DNA of 64,000 nucleotides from Sedimentisphaerales bacterium (GCA_963663805.2 CAXXMR010000010.1:22754-86753), one strand, 5' to 3'. Positions 31,877 to 42,426 are shown, counted from the first letter of the stretch. The notes: generated by a model not told the origin, from the sequence alone. Translations and numbers: made by a program.

Positions 31877-34564
31877 TTGCTGCTCGCAATGGAAGGAATT
31901 ACCCCAGTAATGCCTGAAAAATCCCCAATCCGTATAATGTTGGCTGTTCTATTAATTTTTGTTTCATTTGCCCCAGCGGATTCTGAAGTCTTGACCGATC
32001 ATTTTCAATGGGATTCAATTCCCATGCCGCTGGACGAACAGGGCGGCAGACTGGGTCTTTCCGGCCATTTCTCTGGCGTACATAATGATGCTCTGATTAT
32101 CGCCGGCGGCACAAACTTTGAGATTAGCGGAAATTCCCAGACCCGTAAAAAAATCTGGCATGATAAAATTTATGTCCTGCTCAAATCAAATGAATCCAGG
32201 CACCTTATTTCCAGCAATAGCTTCCTCAACGGTAGTGGTTTTATCTGGGAAAAATCATCGCTCACCCTCGATATCCCAACTGCCTACGGTGCTTCGGTCT
32301 CATGTAAGGATGGTGTGATATGTATCGGCGGTAAGGACCGGAATGGCAATTTGTTACCCGATGTATTTATGCTTAAGTGGCAACCAGAACAAAAGGAAGT
32401 TATTAAAGAAAGCCTTCCCGATTTACCCATAGGAGCCGTCGCTAATGCCGGCCTGATAGATAATGTTTTATACGTCGCAGCCTGTATTCGGGATCAGGGC
32501 AAATTCTGGTGCCTGGATCTTAATCGCCGTGACTCTAAAGGATTCGGATGGATTGAGCTTGATTCTTATGATGGGCCTGCCCGGACCGCCGCGGTTTCCG
32601 GGGTTCAGAACGGATGCTTTTATATTTTCAGCGGTCGTATGCCCAAAGTCGAGAACGCCCAAACTAGCAAAGATTACCAGTGGCTCTGTGACGGCTATCG
32701 TTATAAACCCTGCCGAACTGTTTATAAAGGCCAATATCAAGGTAAATGGACCAGAATTGCCGATGCTCCCCAATGTTTTAGTGCCGCCCCTCGCAATGTT
32801 CTTGGCATGGGCCAGGAACACCTCCTAATCTTCAGTGGCGACGATGGCAGTCAGTTCGGAATGTCCCTTGCTGAAAATCATGTCGGCTTCTCAAAAGATA
32901 TTTACGCTTACCATACCATCACCAACACCTGGCGTAAGCTGGGCGAAATCCCCACACCGGCGGTATCGACCAATGTTGTTGATTGGGGCGGTTACTGGGT
33001 CATTCCCGCTGGCGAGAACATTCCCGGCAGTCGTTCCGATGAGATAGTGTTCGGTCGCTGGCAAGGTGAGCGGAAAAGTTTCGGTATCGTCAATTGGATA
33101 GTGGTGATTGCCTATTTCTGCTTTATGATTTTTCTTGGCTATTACTTCTCCCGCCGCGAAAACAGCCCGGAAGATTTTTTTCTCGGCGGTCGCCGTGTCG
33201 TCTGGTGGGCCGCGGGCATAAGCACTTTCGGCACAGGACTGAGCGCCATCACTTTCATGGCCATCCCCGCCAAATCATACAGCACCGACTTCCTCTACTT
33301 TTTTAGTCAGGTCATCGCCTGGATTATGATTCCGGTATTCGTCCGCTATTTCATCCCGTTTTATCGTCGCCTGAGAGTCTCCACTATTTACGAATATCTC
33401 GAAATGCGTTTTAACCTTGCCTCCCGACTTATCGCTGGCGTTTTATTTGTCGTGTTCCAGATTTGCCGCATGGGTATTGTTGTTTTTCTGCCCGCGATTA
33501 CCTTAGCTACGATTACCGGTATGGAACTCACCCATTGTATTATTGTTATGGGCATCATCTGCATATTCTATACCGTTATGGGCGGCATCGAAGCGGTCAT
33601 TTGGAGCGATGTTTTCCAGGTTGTAATTCTCATGGGAGCGGCTTTATTGAGCCTTATACTAATAGTCGTCTCTTGTGACGGCGGCATAACCGGATTCTTC
33701 CATCAAGCCTGGGCCGACGGCAAATTCCGCAGCTTCGACTGGTCCTGGGACTACACTGTCCCCACCGTTTGGGTGATTTTCGTCGGACGTGTAATCGGCC
33801 ATCTCAAGGAAATGGCCAGCCAGGACCTCGGCCAGCGTATGCTCTCCACCCCCAACGAAAAATCCGCCCGCCAAGTGGTTTATGTCAATGGTGCCTGTGC
33901 AGTCTTTTCCGCTGTAATTTTCATGATGTTGGGTACCGGTCTTTATGTATTTTTCAAGGACAACCCCCATCTGCTCAGCCCCGACATGAGACACGACGGC
34001 GTATTGCCTTTGTTTATTGTTAGTGCCTTGCCTGCCGGCGCCTCAGGCCTGGTTATCGCGGGCATATTCGCCGCGGCCATGTCCAGTCTTGACAGCGGTA
34101 TGAACTCAGGCGCTCAGGTGATTATCAATGACTTTTACAGCAGAGTCAAACCAAACCTCAGCGAGAAACATTATCTTTTCCTGGGCCGTATCCTTACGGT
34201 CGTATTAGGCGTGATCGGCACTGGAACAGCCTTATCAATGGCAATTGCCGGCGAAAAGATTCTCAGCCTTTGGGACCTAATGCTCGGTTTTATCGGCATG
34301 TTTACCGGCCCTGTAGCGGGCTTGTTCACGGTAGGCGTTTTCACCCGCCGCACCCATGGACTCGGTGGCCTGATCGGCCTGATAGTAAGTATTATAGTGG
34401 TTTTCGCTGTCCAGAACTACACCCGTGTAAACTTCTTTCTCTATGGAGCCGTCGGCATCGTAACCTGCTTTGTTGTATCCTGGCTGGCAAGCTTGATTAT
34501 CCCCGTAAAAGCCAAAAACATCGACGGCCTGACTATCTACACTATGCCTGAAAGAGTTGACTGA
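31877..34564 (+). CDS. Fusion of Kelch-repeat (NanM-like mutarotase) domain and sodium:solute symporter (sialic-acid transporter-like)
   Basis: IIAGGTNF, AYGASV, YHTITNTW, GENIPGSRS, then EDFFLGGR, SAITFMAIP, YEYLEMRF, GGIEAVIWSD, AAAMSSLDS. Confidence 0.9.
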   Translation: MLLAMEGITPVMPEKSPIRIMLAVLLIFVSFAPADSEVLTDHFQWDSIPMPLDEQGGRLGLSGHFSGVHNDALIIAGGTNFEISGNSQTRKKIWHDKIYVLLKSNESRHLISSNSFLNGSGFIWEKSSLTLDIPTAYGASVSCKDGVICIGGKDRNGNLLPDVFMLKWQPEQKEVIKESLPDLPIGAVANAGLIDNVLYVAACIRDQGKFWCLDLNRRDSKGFGWIELDSYDGPARTAAVSGVQNGCFYIFSGRMPKVENAQTSKDYQWLCDGYRYKPCRTVYKGQYQGKWTRIADAPQCFSAAPRNVLGMGQEHLLIFSGDDGSQFGMSLAENHVGFSKDIYAYHTITNTWRKLGEIPTPAVSTNVVDWGGYWVIPAGENIPGSRSDEIVFGRWQGERKSFGIVNWIVVIAYFCFMIFLGYYFSRRENSPEDFFLGGRRVVWWAAGISTFGTGLSAITFMAIPAKSYSTDFLYFFSQVIAWIMIPVFVRYFIPFYRRLRVSTIYEYLEMRFNLASRLIAGVLFVVFQICRMGIVVFLPAITLATITGMELTHCIIVMGIICIFYTVMGGIEAVIWSDVFQVVILMGAALLSLILIVVSCDGGITGFFHQAWADGKFRSFDWSWDYTVPTVWVIFVGRVIGHLKEMASQDLGQRMLSTPNEKSARQVVYVNGACAVFSAVIFMMLGTGLYVFFKDNPHLLSPDMRHDGVLPLFIVSALPAGASGLVIAGIFAAAMSSLDSGMNSGAQVIINDFYSRVKPNLSEKHYLFLGRILTVVLGVIGTGTALSMAIAGEKILSLWDLMLGFIGMFTGPVAGLFTVGVFTRRTHGLGGLIGLIVSIIVVFAVQNYTRVNFFLYGAVGIVTCFVVSWLASLIIPVKAKNIDGLTIYTMPERVD

Positions 34565-34590
34565 TTATAGTCTTAACAAAGGAACAAATT

Positions 34591-35790
34591 ATGAAATTTT
34601 GCAATCTGATTATTGTTATCACCATTTTCATCCTTATCGCCGCAACGACAAAAGCGGATTACCCTGTATGCGTTAAAACTGATGGCGATTTCTGGATGGA
34701 AGAATCGGTTCAGTATATCCACGGTACGCAAGGTTACCATGCTATTTTAATCCCGTCATTGGTTGTTACCCGCGACAACACCGTTCTTAGCATCGTCGAA
34801 GGCCGCGTCGAAAGTTATGCCGACGATGCCGAGATCAGACTATTGCTCAAACGAAGCACCGATTCCGGTAAAACCTGGAGCGACCCCAGCGTTATATACG
34901 CCGAAAAAGGCCACAAAATAAGTATCGGCAACCCCGCCCCGGTCGTTGATTACGATACCGGAACAGTCTGGCTGTTTTTCTGTCGTAACAATAGAGATGT
35001 TCTGGTGACTCACAGTGACGATGACGGTCTTACCTGGTCCCAACCTCTGGACTTAACCACCAAACTTCGCAAACCCAATCAGATAGGTTTTTACGCCACC
35101 GGTCCCGGCCATGGCATCCAGTTACGCAATTCTTCCCACAAAGGCCGTCTGCTAATCACCGCCTACGCAGCCGAAATTAATGGCGATGAGAACGAAGGTA
35201 TCCCCACCGGCACCCAGAAGAGTTCCAGCAAAAATTTCGCCATTTATTCTGACGACCACGGCAAAAACTGGCTTGCTGGCCAAACCACCCGCCAGGGTAA
35301 ACCTAACACCGCCGATGGTAACGAGTCTCTGGTCGCTGAGCTGCCCGATGGAACTTTATACATGACCATTCGCGATAACCACGAGAGCGGATACCGCGCC
35401 TACGCCTTCAGCTCCGACGGTGGCGAAACCTGGTCAGACATTGGATTTGACAAGGATTTACCCGAATCGATTTGCCAGGCAAGTATACTGGATTTTCAGA
35501 CCTGCTCCGGCCCAAACGGCGTGTTGTTTTGTAACCCTGCTGTCATGAATACCAAACGCAAGGACAAATCCGCCCGCCGCCTGCTTACCCTGAGAGTCAG
35601 CTATGATGGTTGCAAAACCTGGCCCGTCACCAAAACTATATATTTCGGACCCGCCGGATACTCCGACCTGACAGTCTTGCCCGACGGCAATTTTGGCTGC
35701 CTGTACATGCGAGGCAACAAAAGTTTTGTCGAGGAAGTAGTATTCGCCCGCTTCTCATACCAATGGCTCATCCATCATGACCTGAAGTAG
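34591..35790 (+). CDS. GH33/sialidase-fold secreted protein
   Basis: Asp-boxes STDSGKTW, SDDDGLTW, SDDHGKNW, SSDGGETW, SYDGCKTW, plus TGPGHGIQL and GYSDL. RIP motif altered to LIP. Confidence 0.85.
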   Translation: MKFCNLIIVITIFILIAATTKADYPVCVKTDGDFWMEESVQYIHGTQGYHAILIPSLVVTRDNTVLSIVEGRVESYADDAEIRLLLKRSTDSGKTWSDPSVIYAEKGHKISIGNPAPVVDYDTGTVWLFFCRNNRDVLVTHSDDDGLTWSQPLDLTTKLRKPNQIGFYATGPGHGIQLRNSSHKGRLLITAYAAEINGDENEGIPTGTQKSSSKNFAIYSDDHGKNWLAGQTTRQGKPNTADGNESLVAELPDGTLYMTIRDNHESGYRAYAFSSDGGETWSDIGFDKDLPESICQASILDFQTCSGPNGVLFCNPAVMNTKRKDKSARRLLTLRVSYDGCKTWPVTKTIYFGPAGYSDLTVLPDGNFGCLYMRGNKSFVEEVVFARFSYQWLIHHDLK

Positions 35791-36145
35791 GCCAATGTTT
35801 AAAGCCGGATTAATAATTGCAAATCTATATTGCCAGGTTTCTGAAACGTGGCATAAGCAGGAGTTTTGAGATGTCACAGAATGAGATATTGGAATGCAAA
35901 AAAAATGAACTTGATAGCCTGTATGAGTTTGACAGAAAGCCTGTTGCAAGCTAGATTTTCACGCTCTCCAACATACTTTTGGTACATTACTTGCTGTAGC
36001 TGGAACCCACCCCAAAACAGCCCAAAAACTAATGAGGCATGGCGATATTGTCAATGGGCGCTTGAAAACCGGCCAGGTTGGGGCGCTGCAAAACCGGCCA
36101 CTTTGATTATGGGTTTATAAATGTTGGTGGGGGTTTTTGCAAGGG

Positions 36146-36910
36146 TTAATCTTCTTTTTTTGGATTTTCGGGGTCGGATTGCTTTTTCTTGTTTTTCAGA
36201 CGATAGCTTCTGCCGGTGATTTGGACTATTTCGGAATGATGCAGGAAGCGGTCCAGGATGGCGGTGGCTGAGGGCACATCGCCCAGAAGTTTGCCCCAAT
36301 CTTCCAGCGGGCGGTTACTGGTCATGATTGTCGAACGGACTTCATATCTTTGCATGATCACTTCAAAAAGATACTCGCCGCTGTTTCGGGGCAATTGTTT
36401 CATGCCCATGTCATCGATTATCAGCAGGTCGGGTTTCAGATACTTCGCCAAAACTTTGTCTATCTGTCCCAAAGCTTCATCCTGCATAAAATCGCGTACC
36501 AGATCGAAGATCGAACGATAGCGAACCGTATGGCCGTTCTTAATTGCCTGATAACCCAAAGCCTGGGCCAAATGACTTTTGCCGGTGCCGGGTGGTCCCA
36601 GGAATAATATATCGTTGCCCTGACGGATAAATTTGCAACAGGCAAAATCGTAGATCTGTTTTCGTTTAATGGTATTGTTGAACTGCCAGTCGAAATCTTC
36701 CAGGGTTTTTAATTCTCGAAACCCGGCCTGCTTAATTCTTCTCTGCATGAGTCTTTCATCTCTAATGAGAAGTTCATCCTGCAAAATCAGTTCTAAAAAC
36801 TGATCGTATGAAAGCTGATTACCTACCGCTTCCTGGATACGAATTTCCAGCGAAGATGCCAGGCCGGACAATCGTAATTTCCTTAACGATGTTAACAATG
36901 ATTCCTGCAT
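36146..36910 (-). CDS. istB: IS21 helper ATPase IstB
   Basis: GPPGTGKSHLA, LLIIDDMG, TSNRPLEDWG, AILDRFLHH, GRSYR. Confidence 0.95.
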   Translation of the reverse strand: MQESLLTSLRKLRLSGLASSLEIRIQEAVGNQLSYDQFLELILQDELLIRDERLMQRRIKQAGFRELKTLEDFDWQFNNTIKRKQIYDFACCKFIRQGNDILFLGPPGTGKSHLAQALGYQAIKNGHTVRYRSIFDLVRDFMQDEALGQIDKVLAKYLKPDLLIIDDMGMKQLPRNSGEYLFEVIMQRYEVRSTIMTSNRPLEDWGKLLGDVPSATAILDRFLHHSEIVQITGRSYRLKNKKKQSDPENPKKED

Positions 36911-37889
36911 GTTTGTGCTCCTTGATTTGAAGGTTAGTAAAACAAATATTCCGTTTTCCCTTCTCGCCCAAAGGTGGAGGTTAAATGGCGGGGTTTGGGG
37001 CCGGCCCCAAGTAAAAATAGTTGCCGCAGGCATCCTTAATATTCATGATCTCCAAATGTTGTCAAAGTGACAAATTCCTGATAATCGCTCATATCACGAA
37101 TAATCGGATGTTCATCGATAAAGTTCATCATCTGCTGGTCCGGGATATCCTGATCTAATATTTTTTGAATAGTTTGCAACCGCCAGGCTCCGTGATTGAG
37201 GGCTTTACGACAGGCATCATCTATTTGCTTAGGCGAATACGTGCCGCTCAGGCTCAATAGACCTAATATAGCTCTTTGGCCGGTTACGCCCCGGATTTCA
37301 AATAACTGCTTGGCCCAACGATGACTATGCTTACCGAGCAAAGCTGTTCTTTGGATCAGCCATTGGGCACCTTTTTCAATTTGGCTTTGTTTATGGGGAT
37401 GGATATGCTGCTGGTTAGTCTGAAATCTGCCCGGTTCAACTTTGCTGTGCAGAGCGATCTGTTCCATTTTATGGTTGAATACCCGAACCAGACGGCTGTC
37501 CCAACGCACCCATACTTGATGACCCACAAATTCCGGCGGAACCGAATAGTATGATTTATCAACTTCGACATGGCCATCGCGATGAACACTGCGTTTGCCT
37601 TCGTTAAAGGACGGGAAATAACTTTCCGGCAAAGATTTCAAGGCCGGCTTTTCGATTTCCAGAAAAACCTTCTCGACCTGCTGACGGGTAGTACCGTGAA
37701 TACGTTTGTCTGCAATGCTCTTTTCCCAATGCAGAAGATGGGCGTTCTGCTGATTAAGGCAATCAAAATCTCGGCCTTTAAGAGCATTGGACTTAACATA
37801 ATTTATACCATTCTCGACTTTGCCTTTGTGACGAGGCATATATGGTTTAGTGGGCAGGATGGCGGTACCGTAATGAACATAAAAAGATT

Positions 37890-39479
37890 GTAACATTTTA
37901 GCCAAGTGAAGCAAATTCTATAGCTTTTGGGTTGGCTTGTGCAAAAAAAAGACAAAAAAACTTCAAAATGTTAAGATGGGTAATTTGCGCTATTGCGTGT
38001 AATGGTTTATAGTTTCAGCATGATGAAGCCGAATGCTGAACAGGCTATCGCCGACCTGGCCTTAGAGCAGGAATTGACTGCGGAGCAGGCTGAGCTTATT
38101 TACGAGCAAGGCAGAGAGGCGGTGGTTTTTGTTTTGCTGAGACTGTCGAAACTGGCAGCGGAAAAAACACAAGGTACGTTAGTTGCCGGCAGTCCGGCTG
38201 ATCCTTCGTGTCCCTCAGGTCAGAAGCCGGTTTTTGTCAAGCCGAACAAAACAGATAAAAAACGCGGCAAAAAGTTTGGCCGTAAAAAAGGGCATCAAGG
38301 TACTCGCCGCAATCTGCCGACCCAAATAGACCGTACCGAAGAACATCGCGCTTCATGTTGTCCGGACTGCGGCGGCGAACTGAAAAAATGTTCCGGCACA
38401 CGTGAACGAATCATCGAAGACATCCCGGAAGATGTTCGCGTTGAGACGGTAAAGCATGTTATTCATCGCGACTGGTGTCCGAACTGTCGCAAGGCGGTTG
38501 AGCCGATCGTAACCGATGCTCTGCCAAAATCATCTATTGGCAATGGTATTGTGGTTTTGTGTGCCTGGCTCCACTTTGCGTTGGGCAATACGATAGCGCA
38601 GATCCTGGAGGTGTTTAATTTTCATCTCCGGTTTAAGATGTCGCCGGGCGGATTAGTCCAGATGTGGCATCGTTTAGCGGATATACTCCTGGCCTGGTAC
38701 GAAGAAATAATCGAGGACATTCAAAAAGCCGGTGTCCTGCACGGCGATGAGACCGGCTGGCGGGTAAACGGTAAAACGCATTGGTTATGGTGCTTTACCA
38801 GCCATCAAGCCACGATTTTTACGGTCGAGCAGTCGCGGGCCGGGCCGGTGGTTTTGGAATTTATCAAAGAATGTTTCAACGGCGTGTTCGTAAGTGACTT
38901 CTGGTATGCTTACAATGTATTGTCATGCGCCAAACAAAAGTGCCTGGTTCACTTACTGCGTGATTTGGAGCGAGTCTGGAAAGCCAAAGACCACAGCGGC
39001 GATTGGCCGAGGTTCTCCAAAAAACTCAAACGATTAATTCGCGACGCGATACGCCTGCGTAAACGCATCGATGAACTGGATGCGACGGTTTACCAGCGGC
39101 GCTGCCAACGAATCGAAAAACGCTTGGATCTTATTATCGCGCATGAGTGGTCGAACAAGGAAGCTCAGCGGTTGATTAAGCGTTTGAAACGCCATCATGA
39201 TGAGCTGTTCACTTTTCTGAGCAATCGCGAGGTGCCGTTCGATAATAATTTTGGCGAACGCAGCATTCGCGGCGCGGTGATCATGCGAAAGAACAGCTAT
39301 AACAACCGCAGCGACCGTGGAGCCCGAACGCAATCGGTGCTGATGAGCGTGTTTTTTACCCTGAAACAACGCGGCCTAAACCCGGTTGCTACCATCAAAA
39401 AAGCCCTGCGAACATACATCAAAACCGGCAAATTGCCAAAACTCGCGGAGTTCTCTGCTTCACTTGGCTAAAGTGTTAC
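37890..39479 (+). mobile_element. Single-ORF IS66-family (ISBst12-like) element, copy 1, 1590 bp
   Basis: 24-bp IR GTAACATTTTAGCCAAGTGAAGCA (1 mismatch), 8-bp TSD AAAAGATT. Confidence 0.95.
38020..39471 (+). CDS. IS66 DDE transposase (TnpC-like)
   Basis: CPDCG/CPNC zinc finger, DETGWR, SDFWYAY, QKCLVHLLR, DNNFGERSIR. Confidence 0.93.
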   Translation: MMKPNAEQAIADLALEQELTAEQAELIYEQGREAVVFVLLRLSKLAAEKTQGTLVAGSPADPSCPSGQKPVFVKPNKTDKKRGKKFGRKKGHQGTRRNLPTQIDRTEEHRASCCPDCGGELKKCSGTRERIIEDIPEDVRVETVKHVIHRDWCPNCRKAVEPIVTDALPKSSIGNGIVVLCAWLHFALGNTIAQILEVFNFHLRFKMSPGGLVQMWHRLADILLAWYEEIIEDIQKAGVLHGDETGWRVNGKTHWLWCFTSHQATIFTVEQSRAGPVVLEFIKECFNGVFVSDFWYAYNVLSCAKQKCLVHLLRDLERVWKAKDHSGDWPRFSKKLKRLIRDAIRLRKRIDELDATVYQRRCQRIEKRLDLIIAHEWSNKEAQRLIKRLKRHHDELFTFLSNREVPFDNNFGERSIRGAVIMRKNSYNNRSDRGARTQSVLMSVFFTLKQRGLNPVATIKKALRTYIKTGKLPKLAEFSASLG

Positions 39480-40634
39480 AAAAGATTGAACCTTGGGTAC
39501 GACCTCCGGATCATACCAGTCTGCCCGCGTTACCGCCGCCTTGAGATTGTCAATTACAATGGTTTGCGGCACCCCGCCGAAATACCAGAAGGCCTTTTCC
39601 AGACAACGCAAAAAACTATCGGTACTCTGATGGAATACCGTTTCACTGTAGGCTTTGCGGGAACAACTCAGGACGATCCGGAAGACGTAACTTCTTTTGC
39701 GTTTGCCGTTGGGCAGAGGAATATATCGGGCAGTACCGAAATCAATCTGAGCTTCCAGACCTGGCGAACATTCCAGACGCCGAAAAGGCAGAGGATTGGT
39801 GTGCCGCAGCTTGCCAACGTAACGCCGTACACTGTAGTAGCTGCCGGTGAAATTATGGTCCGCTGCCAGATCCTGGTAAATTCGCTGAGCAGAGAGTTCC
39901 TGCTGAACCATCGGGACGATCAATTCGTGGTATTGGACACATTGACTGGTAGAACCGGGCGGAATCGAGATAGAATCGACCTCAGAGCCGGGGGACGCCT
40001 TGGCCGGTTTTGAATCCCCCAGGGGCGCCCCGTACGGAGCAGATGCCGCCTGCCTGTCGACTGGCTTAGTCGATTCGCCTTCGGAAGGCCCGTCATCGTT
40101 GCCTGGCACCTCACGAAGCCGCCAATACCGGGCCACCGTCTCCCTGTGAATGCCTAACTCCCGTTCAATACGACGGTTAGACCAGCCACGATCCTTGAGT
40201 TGTAATACCGTTTGTACCTGTGCCATCGTCAAATAGTTCGCCATTTTGTGCCTCTGATAACCTGAGTTTTTACCCAGATTAACAAAGACAAACATTTCAA
40301 CTATTCAATTTTGGCCGGTTTTGAGCGCCCCTTGACACGATATTAACTTAACAATGGGTAGATATACCCATGTACTTCACGGGCAGGAGCAAGCTGCTAT
40401 AGAAGCACTGCCGGATTTTAGAGACCCCGCCCAGGAATCCCAGAAAAGAACCGGGACAGATGATACCGATTTGTCCTCTCAGGGCCCCAATTTTCACCTT
40501 GCCAAAATACTTGACAAAACAGGCGTACAGGAACGGATTTCAGCGAATAAAAGCGGAGATTTGACCAATAGTATAGATACCCCCAAAACAGCCCTGAAAG
40601 CCCAAAAACCGCGTTTTCAGGCCCTTAAAGGCAC

Positions 40635-40709
40635 TACACCCGAGAGGACTCGAACCTCCGACCTACGGTTTAGGAAACCGTCGCTCTATCCTGGCTGAGC
40701 TACGGGTGC
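40635..40709 (-). tRNA. tRNA-Arg(CCT)
   Basis: GCACCCGTAGCTCAGCCAGGATAGAGCGACGGTTTCCTAAACCGTAGGTCGGAGGTTCGAGTCCTCTCGGGTGTA. Cloverleaf with anticodon CCT, CCA not encoded. Confidence 0.97.
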
Positions 40710-40717
40710 ATGGAGGT

Positions 40718-40745
40718 ATTTTAGCGGTAAGTTCGGCATTTACAA
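40718..40745 (-). promoter_or_regulatory. tRNA-Arg promoter carried in the att repeat
   Basis: Minus strand TTGTAA-N16-TAAAAT, 8 nt upstream of tRNA G1. Identical copy at 49945-49972. Confidence 0.65.
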
Positions 40746-42127
40746 TGGTTTTTTGAGGATTTTGGGGGGTCTGCTGAATTGGTGATTTTAGGGGCTAAAT
40801 ATTCGTCAAAATCCGTCAAAATACGCTGTTTGGCGCACAACTTGGCAAGGGATTTGGCAAGGTGAAAATCGGTCCCTGTTTTGGGGTTTTCGGCGTCATC
40901 GGTCCCGGTTCGCCTCTGGGATTCCTGGGCGGGGTCCGTGAAGTCGGGCAGGGCATCAATGGCGGCCTGTTCCTGTCCGTGTAGGACGTGGGTATATCGG
41001 CCCATAGTCAGGTTAATATCGCTATGTCTCATAAGCTTCTGGGCTGTTTTGGGGTGGGTCCCGCCTGCTGCCAGTAAGGTTCCGAAGGTGTGACGCAGGG
41101 CGTGGAAGTCGAGCTTGCCTGAGCCATTGTTGGCGGGGTCGATACCGGCCTTGGTCAAATCCTTTTTCAGCATCCGGGCCATATTGCCCTTGTGGGGCAA
41201 GTTGAACGCTTGGGCCTGGGGAAGTTTGCCTCTAAGGTGTTCCCGGAAAAACTCGGTGGTATCGAGTTTCAGCGGCAAGATTGCTTCCCGGCGGTTTTTG
41301 GTGTATCCGGCTGATACCGTGATGGTCATCTGGCCCAGGTCAAAACTGGATACCGTCAGGCTGTGTATCTCTGAAACCCTCAGGCCCGTCTCAGCGGCCA
41401 AACGGTACAGCAAGGCCCTTTCCCTTCCCTCTATGCCAAAAAGCCTTCCTGCGGCATTTGTGACCGCCAGAAGCCTTCCCAGCTCGGCAGGGGTCAAGGC
41501 CCGGCGATTAATGGCCTCGGCCTTGTCTATCTTGATCTGCTGTAAGTGTTCCAGTGGGTTGGTATTCGCAAACCGGTTGCGGACCATCCAGCGCGAGAAT
41601 TGCTTCATAGCCTGTAAATATGCGTTCGCCGTCCGGCTCGATATACCGTCACCATTACGCAGGCCCGCAAGGTATTGTTGAATCCTCACCGCCGAAACAT
41701 CAGACCAGAATAAAAACTTACAGCCCTCGACTATTCGCAAGGCCCGATTGTATTGCTGTACTGCCTGCTGTTTGGTGTTCCCACTGTCAAGAATAGAACG
41801 CTTCCAGTTGCCCAGGTGGTCGGTGAGAAGTTCCCCGCCCGCCGCCTGTTCCGCTTCAAGCAGATTGACCTTAACCAGTCGAGCTTTCAGGGCTTGCGGT
41901 ATGGATTCCAGCCAGTTGATAAGCTCGGTAGTCATCGGTTCCCGGCTCAGTCGGCAACTTACCAGCTTTTCGATCTTCCGGCCTATGCCTTCGGCTGCTC
42001 GACGGTTCGTAGTTCCCAGGGGGATACGCTGCCGCCTGCCCAAGTGGTCGGTGAAATCAGCCCGCCATGCCTGGGCCTGCTTGCGGTTTCCCCACTCATC
42101 TTTGTAATTACTTCGATAAAATTTCAT
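40721..42127 (-). CDS. Tyrosine recombinase/integrase
   Basis: TGLRVSE, FHALRHTF, LMRHSD, TMGRYTH (R-HxxR-H-Y intact). Confidence 0.95.
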   Translation of the reverse strand: MKFYRSNYKDEWGNRKQAQAWRADFTDHLGRRQRIPLGTTNRRAAEGIGRKIEKLVSCRLSREPMTTELINWLESIPQALKARLVKVNLLEAEQAAGGELLTDHLGNWKRSILDSGNTKQQAVQQYNRALRIVEGCKFLFWSDVSAVRIQQYLAGLRNGDGISSRTANAYLQAMKQFSRWMVRNRFANTNPLEHLQQIKIDKAEAINRRALTPAELGRLLAVTNAAGRLFGIEGRERALLYRLAAETGLRVSEIHSLTVSSFDLGQMTITVSAGYTKNRREAILPLKLDTTEFFREHLRGKLPQAQAFNLPHKGNMARMLKKDLTKAGIDPANNGSGKLDFHALRHTFGTLLAAGGTHPKTAQKLMRHSDINLTMGRYTHVLHGQEQAAIDALPDFTDPAQESQRRTGTDDAENPKTGTDFHLAKSLAKLCAKQRILTDFDEYLAPKITNSADPPKSSKNHCKCRTYR

Positions 42128-42351
42128 AGTTAAAATCTCCGTTATTCTTGTAGTGTATTATACCATCGATAAAACCCTTGAAAAGGGTCAACTTTGCGCA
42201 CCTCAAAATAACCATAATCTTTATTTTTAGGCCAAAAACGCGGTTTTTACTGCATTTTCAAAATTTCATAACCCGTGCATTTGTGCGCAAGGGGGTCGCT
42301 ATGGTCTCTTTTTTCGTCAGGCTGTAAGGATCGCAAGCCCCTATCCCCTCT

Positions 42352-42413
42352 GTTGACAGTTGACACAACCTCACTTCACAGGCTCAAAATCAAGGGTTCT
42401 GTCAACTGTCAAC
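42352..42413. repeat. Inverted repeat built of tandem GTTGACA units, candidate replication origin
   Basis: GTTGACAGTTGACACAACC ... GGTTCTGTCAACTGTCAAC (18/19), directly downstream of the primase gene. Confidence 0.6.
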
Positions 42414-42426
42414 GCTTCAAGAAGTA

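Larger units (their letters stand above)
37036..40244 (-). pseudogene. istA: IS21 transposase IstA interrupted by IS66
   Basis: N-part EAQIDFG...DNLKAAV...VVPKVQSF joins C-part YVHYG...KGKVE...HGTT...YYSVP across the insertion. Confidence 0.93.
36049..40337 (-). mobile_element. IS21-family element carrying a nested IS66
   Basis: Terminal IRs TGTCAATGGGCGCTTGAAAACCGGCCA / TGGCCGGTTTTGAGCGCCCCTTGACA, 6-bp TSD CGATAT, istA and istB. Confidence 0.95.
35948..40634 (+). pseudogene. C-terminal remnant of a tyrosine integrase (35948-36048 + 40344-~40634) split by IS21
   Basis: KLDFHALQHTFGTLLAVAGTHPKTAQKLMRHGD|INLTMGRYTHVLHGQEQAAIEALPDF, nearly the same as the C-terminus of the integrase at 40721-42127. 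Confidence 0.88.

Noticed and set aside
40354..40698. 114-aa ORF as an independent gene
   Set aside because: It is the tail of the integrase remnant running antisense into the tRNA.
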